From the human T2T-CHM13v2.0 reference genome, Homo sapiens: 64,000 bases of DNA. This document shows, piece after piece, positions 38,149 to 51,549 of this stretch. The stretch lies in assembly GCF_009914755.1 (NCBI RefSeq), contig NC_060938.1; one strand, 5' to 3'. The position numbers and the translations under genes are program-made. The notes below the pieces were generated by a model. That model was not told the origin of the DNA. It saw only the letters and a list, made by a program, of their open reading frames with translations, and did not search any database. Position 1 is the first letter of the stretch; every line of letters begins with the position of its first letter.

Positions 38149-40226
38149 GGTTTCTTAATGATGATAAATAAGCATATTATAATATTTTAAATTTATTAAA
38201 CTTCCTTGCATTTAAATTCCATCTTCCAATTAGATTGCAAATTAGAAGTGAATAAGACTTTTTTACATTTGTTTGTTTCACTTATGCTTTGAAACCAATA
38301 ACTTAATAATTGAATTGACTCATGATTAAGTCAACAAAAGTTGAAGTGGCTTTTTCCATCAGAGATGGCAGATTTTTTGGTATTCTGCATTCAGAGGATG
38401 TTACCATCTTTTATTTATAAATTTAACTTATAAATATTTATCCTTTATTTAATCAGAGGGTTGCCTAGACCAAACGGCATAGTTAATACAGAAACCTAGA
38501 AGGTGCCAACTTTCTACTATGTTTGATTTTTCAAGTATTTTAAAAAATTTTTGAACTACTCTTTAGCTTTTTTCCCAGGCTGAATCCCATTTCAGATGGC
38601 TTTTCTCCTTGAACCAATGCAAGACCAGCTGATAAATGGTACAGTTTACCAATAGGCTAGTACTTCTACCCCATGTTGAATAGCTAAGTCCCTAATGCTC
38701 AGCAACACAGGCAATAATCTGTAAGACTAATCACACAAAGGAGGTAGGACATCTCCTTATCCCTACCATCCAGATCTTTCATGGACCCCGGGTTCTTCCA
38801 TCTCCCCAGGGTACTGGTAGCCAGTGGGATTCCATTCCATGCTGTGTACATCAGATAACTGGCTCAGTCCCACTCCCCACCTCTCTTTTTTTATTCTCTT
38901 CTCTCCTCTTCCTCCCCTCACCAGCCTTTCCTTAAGAACCACAGTCTATGAGACCCCCAGGAGACTATTCTGCTGTCTTCCCCTGCACTGACCTGGGCAT
39001 GCAGGAGCCTTTGCCTCACACTCCTGCTAGCTCTTCCTTCCCACCAACCCCACAGATGCTTCCTGAAGCCCCTGTGCCCTCCCTTCCCGCCCAAACCACG
39101 CCAGGAAGTCCCATGCCCCATCCTTCCCAACCCGGGGAACATGCGAAAGTCAGGCCAGTGTAAGTGAGGGGTTGGGAGTGAGAGGCAGGAAGGGGGTACT
39201 TTTATTTCTGGGGTTGTGAGAAAATAAATTCCTGTAATCCCAAGTTAGAATCTGGAACAAACAAAAACAAAGTAATAAGGAACGATTTGTTTTTCTAGTG
39301 CTTAGAGTATTGTTCCTTTGGCCATATTCAATGATGTTGTGAAGACTGGCCTGGAAAACTATACCACCTCTTGATTTAAAAAATAAATCTGGGGTGTGGG
39401 CTGCATTTTGAGCTCCACTAGTCTACAATCTAACCCAATCTAACTCCATCCCCTTCCTTAATTCCACTACTACTTTCCCTGATTGAGCCCATTGATTCTC
39501 ACAGCTTCAGTTCTCACCTCTAAAAAATGAGTCAAAACCTAGAATTCAAGTGCAACTTATCCTCTGAGCACCAGGCACACATTTCATCTTGGAGATGTGC
39601 CCCAGGCCAGGCTGTCCTCAAAGTTTCCCAACTCAATAAGGTACCCACTGAGCTCCATATCTTCCCCCTCATATCTGCCCACGGCCAGTGCAGACAGACC
39701 TATGAAAATATTTAAAAGGCACTCCCCTGGGGGCAGTGGGGAGATATGAAAAATGAAATATGAAATGTGCCTGCCCCTTCCTTTGGGGGACTAGGAGCAC
39801 AGCTTCCCAGGTCAGAGGCTCCCAGGTCAAGGAGCTCAGCTCAGCTACCAGAGCACACGCTCAATTTCAACTCTGGGCTGTCATTCTTTTACGGAAGCTC
39901 CTCCTCCCCTCTTCCCTCTTTCTGTCACTATTTTCTCAGTCACCAGGGTTGAACATCTACCAGTCAGCTTGGAAGTCAGTTCTTCCAGCAAGTCTTCCCT
40001 GACCCTCGGAGTTAGGATGCGGTGCCCTCAGTGTCCCGTGCCCCCCTCCCCCATCTGTCCCCGCCCCTTAGACTTAGCGCGCTGCAGTGCAGCCCCCGTC
40101 ACTTCCCTGCAAATCACACTCGAGTGAGGGCTGGGAGTAGTGAGATACTCGGCTGTCTTAGTTATATGGCTTTTACCGCAATTCCCTTATTTCATTTTAT
40201 ATTTATGGTGTAGGCAGTTGGGCAAG

Positions 40227-40596
40227 TGTATTAGTCCGTTTTCACGCTGCTGATAAAGACATACCTGAAACTGGGCAATTTACAAAAGAAAGAGGTTTAA
40301 CTGGACTCACAGTTCCACATGGCTGAGGAGGCCTCACAATCATGGCAGAAGGCAAGGAGGAGCAACTCATATCTTAAGCGAAGGAGGGCAGGCAAAAAGA
40401 CAGCTTGAGCAGGGAAATTCCCGTTTTCAAAACCATCAGATCTCGTGAGACTTATTCACTATCATGAGAACAGTGCAGGAAAGACCCACCCCCATAATTC
40501 AATCACCTCCCACCAGCTTCCTCCCATGAGGCGCGGGAATTGTGAGAGTTACAATTCAAGATGAGATTTGGATGGGGACACAGCCAAACCATATCA
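40227..40596 (-). mobile_element. THE1 (THE1C-like) MaLR solo LTR
   Basis: tgtattagtccgttttcacgctgctgataaagacatacc...ggggacacagccaaaccatatca; 5-bp TSD gcaag. Confidence 0.95.
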
Positions 40597-41201
40597 GCAA
40601 GAAATACTGAATTTCCTGTTTTCCTCAAACCGTTTTATTTTTATTCCAAATCCCTATCCCACCATACTGGGATGTACTTCGTTCTGTCATCCTTAGCCTT
40701 CCCTGCAGGACCAGGACCCCAGGGACCTGCCTCAGTCACCAGGACACCCCCATGAGGTGTGGGTTTTAGCAGCTATGCTGATTCTGGGCTATGTGTGGGG
40801 ACACTGAAATCTTGGAAAAGTCAAGGTTTGAGGTCCCATCACTCCCCAGGGCACTTCCAGGGAGCAAGAGCTCCCACACCATTCCCAGGTTCACCCACCT
40901 ACCCCCAAGGATGGGAGCCACCACCCCCACCCCATCTTCATGCTTCCCTCTCCCCTCTCCCTCCGGGACACCCAGCCCACTTCCTCCATGCACTTTGGCT
41001 TTTAAAAACCAAAAGTCAGAAAGGGAAGTGTCTTGTCAGGAACTTCTGCCTTTTGCCCACTCTGAGGCAAGGTCAGAGCCTGGCTCCCTGCTTAAATGCG
41101 AGAAGATAAATAATAAAATACAGGAAGAAAAACATAAATTCATATCTCAGAAAATTTCCCGGCCATGTATCTGTTATCCTTGTCCTCTCCCCTGGCACCC
41201 T

Positions 41202-42645
41202 TGTGGTGAATAATACTCCCTCCCTGCCCCACCAAAGGTGTCAGCATGCTAATCCCCACAACCTGTGAATATGCCACCTTACATGGTAAAAGGGATTTTG
41301 CAGATGTAATTAAATTGAGAATCTTGATGTGGGGATATGATTCTGGATTAGCCAGGAAGGCTCAGTATAACCACAAAGGTTCTGTTTTTAAGTTTTAATT
41401 TCTTCTTTAGATTCACAGGGTACATGTGCAGGCTCGTTACAAGGATATATCGTGTAATGCTGCAGTTTGGGCTTCTATTAATTCTGTCACCCAGATAATG
41501 AACCATAGTACCCAATAGGAAGTTTTTCAGCCCTTTCCTCCCTGCTTCTCTCCTTCTTTTTGGAGTCCCCAGTATCTGTTGCTCCAATCTTTATGTCTAC
41601 ATGTATCCAGAGTTTAGCTCCCAATTCTAAGTGAGAACATGCAATATTTGGTTGTCTGTTTGTGCATTAATTCACTTAGGATGATGGCTTTCAGCTGCAT
41701 CCATGTTGCTGCAAAGAACATGATTTTAATCTTTTTTATGGCTATGTAGTATTTTTTATGTAGTATTCCATGGTGTATATGTCTATATTTTCTGTATCCA
41801 ATCCACTGTTGATGGGCACCTAGGTTGATTCCATGTCTTTGCTATTGTGAATAGTGCTGTGATAAACATATAAGTTCAGGTGTCTTCTGGCTAGAACCAT
41901 TTGTTTTCCTTTGGGTATATACCCAGTAATGGGATTGCTGGATTGAATGGTAGTTCTATTTTTAGTTCTTTGAAAAATCTCCAAACTGCTTTCCACAGGG
42001 ACTGAACTAATTTACATTCCTACGAACAGTATATAAGTGTTCTCTTTTATCCACAGCCTTGCCAACATGTTATTTTTTGACTTTTGCATGTTAGCCATTG
42101 ACTGGTGTGAGATGGTATCTCATTGTGGTTCTGATTTGCATTTCTCCGATCATTAGTGATGTTCAGCTTTTTTGCCATATGCTTGTTGGCCACATGTATG
42201 TCTTTGAGGAGTGTCTGTTCATATCCTTTGCTCAGTTTTTAATAAAGTTGGTTTTTTTCTTATTGATTTAAGTTCCTTATAGATTCTGGATATTAGTCCT
42301 TTAACAATGGTTTTTATAAGAGGGAGGTAGGTGGGCCAGAGAGAGGAGCTGTAAAGGTGGAAGTAGAGACCAGAGAGGGGAGATGCTACACTGCTGGCTT
42401 TGAACATGGAGGATGAGGCCATGAGCCAAGGAATGCAGGCAGCTTCTAGAATCTGGAAAAGTCAAGAAAACAGATTCTTCCTATAAAGGCTCCAGAAGAA
42501 TCACAGGCTTGCCAACACTTTGATCTTAGCTCAGTGAGACTGATTTTGTACTTCTTATCTCTGGAACTGTTATGATAATACATCTGCATTGTTTAAAGCC
42601 ACCAAGTTTGTGGTAACTTATTACATCCTACTGGAAACTAATGTG
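41202..42645 (+). mobile_element. MLT1D-type MaLR LTR split by an L1 insertion
   Basis: acctgtgaatatgccaccttacatggtaaaagggattttgcagatg...[L1]...atgagccaaggaatgcaggcagcttctagaa...tttgtggtaacttattaca. Confidence 0.85.
41385..42302 (-). mobile_element. 5'-truncated L1 (L1PA15/16-like) 3' end
   Basis: gggtacatgtgcaggctcgttacaaggatatatcgtgtaatgctg...tttggagtccccagt; degenerate TSD acaaaggttct/acaatggtttt. Confidence 0.88.
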
Positions 42646-43876
42646 CCACCTGTGGGCAGGGACCTTATGAGTATCTTGCACAGAGTACTCAAAAAAAGTT
42701 TATAGAATTGAATTCCCTGCCTCTCATATGTAGAAATTCAGAAACAGCATACTAGACCTAAAATATGGCTTAATTGGCAGGATTTGGGCAGGGTAGTGTT
42801 TGGGTTTTTAAAATGTATTTTCCAGGTGTTTGCCCTTACTCTTCCCTCTACCACCCAAGTAGTATTGGGGGCTTTGTACACAGCTCTCGGGGCATGGGTG
42901 ATCCAGCCTGAAAGGAAGAAGCACCTTCAGCTCCTGGCTTTTGAGCCCTTGGGGAGACCTCATTCAGTTGTAAGATTCAGGCATTGGGAGGGAAAAAAAA
43001 GTCTTTAAAATTTTCCAAATATAAATTTCTTTTAAATATCAGGAGCCAAAACATGATACCAGATTATACCATGAATCGTGGAACAGAAGAAATGTGTGAT
43101 TATGTAAGAACAATTCCTACCAAAAGGACAGGCATTCCACCAACAGGAAGGCAAGAGAGATTCCTAAATGCTGAGACCAGAGAGGTCAGCTGCAATAGGT
43201 CTCTAAGAAAGGCCTGTGCTTTGCACTACCCTCCTCTAGGCCAGGCATGAAGCCATGGAAAGAATGGAAGAGCCCCCAAGTAAGTTTGGGAGATTCCGGA
43301 GCCGAAAAGACAGTTGAGACAAAGTGGATGCAGGTTACGTGGACTTAAGAGCAGCAGGCTAAGCTGCAGACATGGGCAACAGACACCAGTTATAGTGTAG
43401 TGTCAGGGACCAGACAAATGCCACTCAGCTAGTACACGGGACATTATGTGGCAGCTGTGCCTTGTCCCAATGCTAAACACTATGGAAGCACCCTCACTAT
43501 CCTCCTCACCTTCACCCTCAACAAGGAGGTGAACCCTGGTGTTTGCCTTAGCATTTAGTCCAAAAGAAATTGTTCAGCAAGTGTAATAGTAAGTCTTCCA
43601 ACACCACCGGCAGAATTTAGTGCTTGAGAGTAAAATAATTTCAGTTATGGAGAGATATAAACAATGACATCTTTTCACATCAAAAATCTGTATCCTGGTA
43701 AAAATTTCTACCCAAAAAAATAACTTCTAATACAGATGAAACGGAAATTTTCATTGGAATGAAACCCAATCTTTGTTATATAAAATTTGTTTTTATTCCC
43801 TACAGTTCAAAGAAAATAATTCTATTATATAGCTTCATATTTAAAGCACGTTTTTCTTTCTTAAAAATGTTTTTAT

Positions 43877-44221
<345 letters not shown>

Positions 44222-44576
44222 TTATGTATCAATTGTACTTTAAAAGTATACATTTTATAGTAGGAGTTTTTTCCCCTTTATCAAACATGAGTTGATCATT
44301 TAAAGCTCCATTTTTCATCCCATAGCCTGGAAAACTCTTGATGCGAAAGGGAGATAATCTGAATTCACTCAGGGAAAGAAACTCACCATAATTTATTTTT
44401 ATGACCTATCAGTGCAATGGAGTGGAAAGGTTGCAGGCCCTGGCATCAGCAGACGTGGTCTCTAGGATCCCAGTGTTCTAGTGCAGTCTCTGGGTGGGTT
44501 CCATAATCTCGCTCGTATCTTGTTTCTTCTTCTCCCGTTTATAAAATGAGGGCACTGAAAGAGATGATCTCTAAGG

Positions 44577-44725
44577 CAGCACTTCTCACACTTGAAAGTA
44601 TAGATCTCCTTAAAATATAAACTCTGTTTCAGTGGACGGAGGGGGAGGGCCTGACGTTCTGCATTGTAACCAGCTCCCAGCTGAAGCTGATAATGCAAAT
44701 CCTTAGACCAAACTTTGAAAAACAA
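44577..44725. mobile_element. MER5A-like hAT MITE within a MIR relic (MIR ~44410-44575)
   Basis: ttctgcattgtaaccagctcccagctgaagctgataatgc...agaccaaactttgaaaa. Confidence 0.65.
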
Positions 44726-44943
44726 GATTCCAAGGGACAGCCCGTATCTAACCTGTCTTGTGTTTCAGTAGCTCATGTATGCATTCAGAGTCCTGCCATT
44801 CTTCACATGTTAAGGATATATTTTGGATAGTTAAAAAAAGACTGTATTGTTCAGGTTTCAAGTTAATTTGGGATTGGGATTACTATTAAGGATTGCAGAT
44901 CACCATAAACAAATACATAAGCACAGCCCTTTCTTCTCTAGCC

Positions 44944-45133
44944 TAGTGGTTCTAACCCTAACTGCATATTAGTATCACCTAGGGTGCTTTCAAAAACTAC
45001 CAATGCCTGCCCACCCACACCCACTTACATACACACCAGAATACAATTTAACTGGTCTGGGGCGGGGCCCAGTCACGGGGTCTTGCTCAAAAACTCTACT
45101 TGTGATTTGTGCAGCCAAGATAGAGAACCACTG
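44944..45133. mobile_element. MER5B/MER5A1-like hAT MITE
   Basis: TIR-like ends tagtggttct...agaaccactg; internal ctgcatattagtatcacctagg. Confidence 0.75.
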
Positions 45134-46591
45134 CAGGCCAGTCTCTCCAACTATGAAGGCACTTCAGGTATGGCCAAGTTGTTTTTACTACTACTACCCA
45201 CAGCTGTTATCCATTAACTCAGTGCATTCTCATGGAAAGCTTAAATTATACAACTCGCATAAACATTTCTCTTATTAACTCAGTAAGAGTTCTCGGCAAG
45301 AGAGTTGATACAGAGCCACTCTCAGCTTTGTTTGGTCCTTTTTAGACAAAAACAGAAAATTATCAAATACAATGCACACTGTAGCTATAAAGAGCACACC
45401 GGCTCTAAGGGAGATTTTGTCCATTTTCTCTTTTGCAAGGCTCAAATTTAACCAGCAAAGTCTTGTAAAGCTGGCAGAAGCCAGCAGAGGCAGTAAACGT
45501 TTCTGGAGGCTCAAATGTCAGCAGAACAATCCGTCTCCAGAGTACAGGTCTTTCCACAATGTCACAGTGCTCAAGAAGCCAGACAATCTGTGTTGTAATA
45601 CTGGCTACACCATTTTCTAACTGTATGACCTTCGGCAGCTTTCTCAACACCTGAATTTCTTTAACAGTAAAATTAGTAAAAGTGATTATGATTAGGTTAA
45701 AATTAGTTGATGTGTGTAAGATGTTTTTTGCACAATGTTTGGTATATAGTGACTATTATTATTATCTACCCCATGAGATTAGAAGTTAATATTATTATTG
45801 CCCCCCCACCTTAAAATTACATCTTAGCATTGCCTTAGCAAGACTACAGGATACATATATTTGTTTAGAGAATGATGAAAAGTGTAGTGTGGCTGCTGGC
45901 AAGGCTGGGGCAGTCATAAAGCCAGAAAAGTAAATTGAGGCTGATTTGTGGCAGACCTTATAGACTAGGCTAAAAAGTCTAGCTTGATCCTACTGACAAT
46001 GGAGAGCCATTTGAAATTTTTGAGCCAGAGAATGATGTGATCATTTTCCTGCTTTAAAACAGATAAGTGCAGAGTTCAAACAGGGTTTGCAGGTATCTCA
46101 CCTCTTCTTGAGCTACCAGCATTTCTCTGTCCTACTTCTACAATTGATGTCACCACAAGATTGCAATTTGTGGTTATCCTAAAGCAAAAAGGAAGTCTCA
46201 AACTACTGACATTTTCGTTTCTGCCCCAAGAGGATGACAGTTGAACAAAACCTTGAAGTCCCGATGTACCTCTGACAACTCCCAGTCAGCTACATCCTTG
46301 GGATAATTTTATTTTTCCCTTAAATCTTATAACAGATATTTGTATCAACCTAAGTCACTTAGGTGATTTACACTCCAGTCCTCTAGCAAGACCCAAATCA
46401 AAGCAAGAGAGCAAGGTAACTGAGAATAATGTCATGGATCATCCTGGAATAGCTTAGGGCCTCCAGGTACTGTGGAAATTTCTTCTTTACTTGAGAGAAA
46501 TGGCTACCTTGCTATCAAGTAGCTCATAGGTTTAGGGTCAAGGAGTTTACAGCTGAGAGTTGGGGCTTGGCAGTTGTGATAAAGAATGTGA

Positions 46592-47038
<447 letters not shown>

Positions 47039-47229
47039 CAAACACTCTTAAATAAAACAAATAAATTTCTTCCAACATGTAAGTGAGAGGTATTTGGGAA
47101 GTGATGTTGAAATGATGTAACTTCTAAACCTAGTTCTTCCTTGATTTGGGGACAGTTATTTAACATTTAGATCTCTGTTCTCCCCACAATAAACAGTAGT
47201 AGCAAATTGTCAATCATCCAGATGTGCAA

Positions 47230-47430
47230 ATTTCAACAAATGCTATTGGGTGCTTACTATGTGCTAGCCCTTGCATTTTATCCACTAAATCCTCACCATA
47301 ACCCGATTGATTAGGTAACACTATTAATCCTGTTTTGCAGAAAAGAGTACTGAAACATAGATCAAGTAGCTTGTCCACAGCCACAGAGCTTGAAAGTGGC
47401 AGAGCTTGGATGCAAACACAGAATATAGAG
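47230..47430 (-). mobile_element. MIR
   Basis: tattgggtgcttactatgtgctag...aagtagcttgtccacagccacagagc. Confidence 0.7.
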
Positions 47431-48530
47431 CCTGTGCATCTCCAGTAAAATGAAGTCACTGCCCGGAACAAACGTAGAGCCTAGTGGAGGGAAACAGCAT
47501 GTACAAACACCTTTACAACACAAGGTGCATCTGCAAGAAATCAAAAGGGAAATAATGTTAAGGGAGAGAAGAAGGGAGAGAGAAAACATTGTTGCCAGGG
47601 TCAAAGGGCTTCTGGGAAAAGTTATGCTGGAAATGGGGCTGAAAAGAATGAATGCTTGGGATTTCACAGGGTGAGAGAGTGAAGACATTCTAGGTAGAGA
47701 AAACAATATGAACAAAAGCATGAAAGCAAATGCCAGGCACATTTTAGGTATATCATTACTGTGCTTTAGTAAAAGAGAGGCAGAGTGGGTGGAAACAGAC
47801 TCCACAAAAGCCTGGAGAAGTATTAAGGGTCTGAACCAGCTGGTGGAGGAAGAGAAAGTAGGAAAGAAATCTATGAGACATTAATTACTAAGGAAGAATG
47901 CTGAGAATTTGGCTACTCTTTAAGGCTAATGTCTAATTCAACTTTGTATTTAGGGTGCCTAGTCCTATATCTGGCACATAGTACACTCTAAGCTCATGTG
48001 TGTTGATTGAATGAAGGAGAAAAAGAACCAGAGATGGGTCAGGAAGTCAGCTGGGTATAAGTAATTCAATGAGTATCATAAAAGAACTCTGAGGTTATAC
48101 ATATGAGTAAATGTTAGAGTCATGAACTTAAATAGAGAAGTCAAGAAGGGAAACTGGTTTGGAGGACTGCCAGTCTACCTCACAAGGTTCTGGCAAAGAT
48201 GAAATCAAATGAGGTTAATACAGTGCTTCTGTAACTCTATTTGAGGCATATGTATTTGCATTCGTTTGTTCACTGAACATTCTTCCACATTCTCTGTGCC
48301 ATGTATTCAGTCAATGAATACTTCATGAACATCCATAATCTGTGCTACAAAGATGAAGATAACACGTTTGTCTGAGAAACTCGCTGTCTAGTGGTTGAGG
48401 TAGAAACAAAGCAGAGTAATAATAGTAGCCAATGTTTATTGACTATTTGCTGCATGCCACGCATAATTACTTTGTGTATTGACTCATTTTATTCTCATAA
48501 CAATCCTATGAGGTATATATTATTACCATC

Positions 48531-48969
48531 TGTGGTAGGCAGAATAATAGCCCCCAAAGAGACCCATGTCCTAATCTCCAAAACCTGTGACCATGCTATA
48601 TGACACCACAAAGGAGAATTAAGCTGCAGGTGGAATTAAGGTTGCAAATGAGCTAATATTGGGAAAGGGAGCATAGCCTGGGTTATCAGGTGAGCTCAAT
48701 GTAACCATAAGAGCCCTTAAAAGTAAAAGAGGAGTCAGAGTCAGAAGGAGATGTGACAGTGGAAGCAACATGTTACAATGGAGTAATATGTCTCAACCCT
48801 CCATTGCCAGCTTTGAAGATGGGCTTGCTGACACATTGATTTTAGCCCAGTAAGAAAGGTCTAATTCCAACTTCTGAGCTATAGAAATGTAAGATCATGC
48901 ATTTTTTTTTTTGCTTAAAGCCACTAAGTTTGTGGTAATTTGTTACAGCAGCAATAAAAAACTAATAAA
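48531..48969 (+). mobile_element. MLT1D-type MaLR LTR inserted in a MIR (MIR ~48420-49030)
   Basis: tgtggtaggcagaataatagcccccaaaga...gccactaagtttgtggtaatttgttacagcagcaata. Confidence 0.88.
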
Positions 48970-49039
48970 CTATTCTATTTCTAGAGATGAGGAAATGGAG
49001 GCACAGAAAGATTAAGTTACTTGTCCTAATTTTGAATAC

Positions 49040-50285
49040 TTAACATTGTTCTGTCTTGGGAGCTTCCTGGTTTTTCTCACACCTCTCAGGTTCATTTGTT
49101 TCTCAGGCTCCATGCAAGATTCCTCATCCCAACCCAATCTCTAAACATCAGTGTTTCTCAGAGATTTCTTCCAGAGATACACTTCTCTTTCTCTTTGAAT
49201 TCTTTTCTACATGATCTCATCTATGCCCAGAGTTTTAAATACTGCTTATGATACAGTATTATACTGATGACTCCCAAAATGATATTTCTAATTGGGACCC
49301 TTTCCTCTGAGCTCTACACTAGTAAGCTTGGCATCTGGCAACCTGATATCTTTATTTGAATAGACTACAAATATTTCAAACCTAACATGTTCAAAAAAGA
49401 ATTTCTACCACAAACAACTTCCCAATCCCCACATTCAATTACACTTGACTCAAGTCAAAAAGTTTAGTAAAGCTTCATCCTCTCTTTCCCTCACCCTCCA
49501 TGTTCATCCCACTAGCACTTAACCCAGTCCATCCATTTTTGTCTGCCTTGACTACCAACCTGGCCTAAACACCCATCATTTCTCACCTGCAAAACTGTAG
49601 TAACTTCCCAATGGCTTCTGCTTCTACCCTTGTTCCTCCATGGAACTCTTTTCCTCACCAAGGTGAGAGTGTCCTTCTTTGACAGTAAATCAGATCTTGC
49701 CACTTCCCTGCTTAACATCCTTTAATGGCTTTTCATTGTCCTTAGAATAACATCTAAGCTTCTTTTCCATGACTCCTAAGGCCCTGTGCAATCCAGCCCT
49801 GTCCACCTCATCCACCTCACCTGATGCCATTGCCACTCACTCATTCACCTTTTTTCAATGACACTGGGCTTCTCTCGTTGTCTCAGCCCTCAAAGTTCTT
49901 TCCTGCCTCAAGGTCTCTATATCTGCTACTTCTCTTTTGGGGAGTGTACTCACATACCTTTCACCTATCTATTCATTCTTCGATTTTCATGTGAAATGTC
50001 TCCGCAGTAAAGACAACACCAAACCATGTGAACTAAAGTGTTTTCATTCTGCCATCTGACCTCTCCCAACTTTATTCTCTATCTCAGGCCCATTATTGCC
50101 TTCATAGCACTGATTACACCCTGCAGTTTTTTTGTCATTTGGTTGTTTTTGTTTTTGTCTTTCTAGAATGTTAGTTCAATAAGGGCAAAAACTGTGTCCG
50201 TCTTAATTACCACAGTAATCCCAGAGCTTAGTACTATGCCTGACACAAAGTAGGTGCTCAATAAATGTGTTCAATGTTGAATAAA
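49040..50285 (+). mobile_element. L2 (L2a-like) ~1.25-kb 3' portion
   Basis: ctgatgactcccaaa; atcatttctcacctgc; taaatcagatcttgccacttccctgcttaa; gcctgacacaaagtaggtgctcaataaatg. Confidence 0.85.
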
Positions 50286-50324
50286 TGTTAATGTACAAAG
50301 TTAGTTATGTTCAAAATGGTACAG

Positions 50325-50860
50325 GAGAGTGACATCAGCCAGATGATGGAGTAGGAGATGCCAACCTCTATCTCCCCACAAAAACTAACAAATAGGCAGA
50401 TATCCATAAATGAAAATAGCTTTGAGAGGACTTAAGGGTCCAATTAAGAATCTGCAGAATGCAGTAGAGCAAAACGGAAAAGCATAACCCCACAGAAAGG
50501 ATCACTGGGGAGATCAGCCTATCCAAGACATCTGGAGATGCCTAAGAACAAAGAAGAAGGGTGGGGGCTGCCAGTCTCAGTCACATGGTGGGTGTCACCA
50601 CAGTCCTCTGTTCTCCAGAGGACACTGGCATATCTCACCACCAAGGTAACCAATGCCATCCTGCTGCAGAAGACCCCCAAGAGAAGGAGCTGCTGCTGTA
50701 CTTCCTATTTCCTTCCAAGGGGGAACCACTGCCAACCCTCCCAACCCTGCAGCTGCTTCATGTGTGAATGCACTCCAGACCCCAGCTCTGTGGGCACCCT
50801 GTGCATGCCCTTGCCTCAAACACCAAAGCCACCACTACTATAGCTAGCTCTGCCACAGGC
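50325..50860 (+). mobile_element. Old L1M-type 5'UTR fragment
   Basis: gagagtgacatcagccagatgatggagtaggag resembles L1M/L1MA 5' termini; followed by C-rich UTR-like sequence. Confidence 0.5.
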
Positions 50861-51549
50861 CTTGAGGACTTGATAGTATAATCCAGAGAGGGTCAAAACA
50901 TACATAAGATAGCTTTAAAATCTCGTGTTTCATCTTTAATGTGAATTTTACATTACTCTCCAAGATAGCTTTGTGTTTTATGTCAATAAAAAAGAATGCT
51001 ATCTGTCCTCAGATAAAAGGTGATGCTTTATAAAGATGCTCCATTTTTCTGTCTGTGGCTGCATTTACCCCATTTTGAGATTTGCTCGTGACCCTAAGAG
51101 AGCTGGAACTCATCACAGGAATTGAATGTAGAGGACTGAGATCAAGAGAATGTGCAGGTTAATGTGAAAAATGAACTTGGAGACAGAAGAGCTAGATATG
51201 AATCTTCAGTTATCCATTTCCTGGGTGACTTTAGCAAAGTCAATTCAATTCTTTGAATTTTAGTTTCCACATCTGAAAAATAGGCCTGCAGGTTATATCT
51301 CTCTAAGAGTTGTAGGCTATTGTTTTTTAATCTTTCCAAGCCCTTCTTCCTTCACCTACCTATTTTGAGGACCAGTCTAGTAGTGTGAGATAATGCCCAT
51401 TCTCCTTGAGAGGATTTAGAAATCAATGGGAACCAGCATAGACTAAGAACTCACCATAGTTCTGAAAACTGAAAACTTGATTATTTTTAAAAATAGTCAC
51501 TTGTAACCATATTTTAAAATAATTCATAAACTAATAGAATATCTTACAT

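Noticed and set aside
43030-43715. Possible ancient Gypsy-like LTR or exon-containing unique region
   Set aside because: Only a vague resemblance; neither termini nor family could be supported without a Dfam search.
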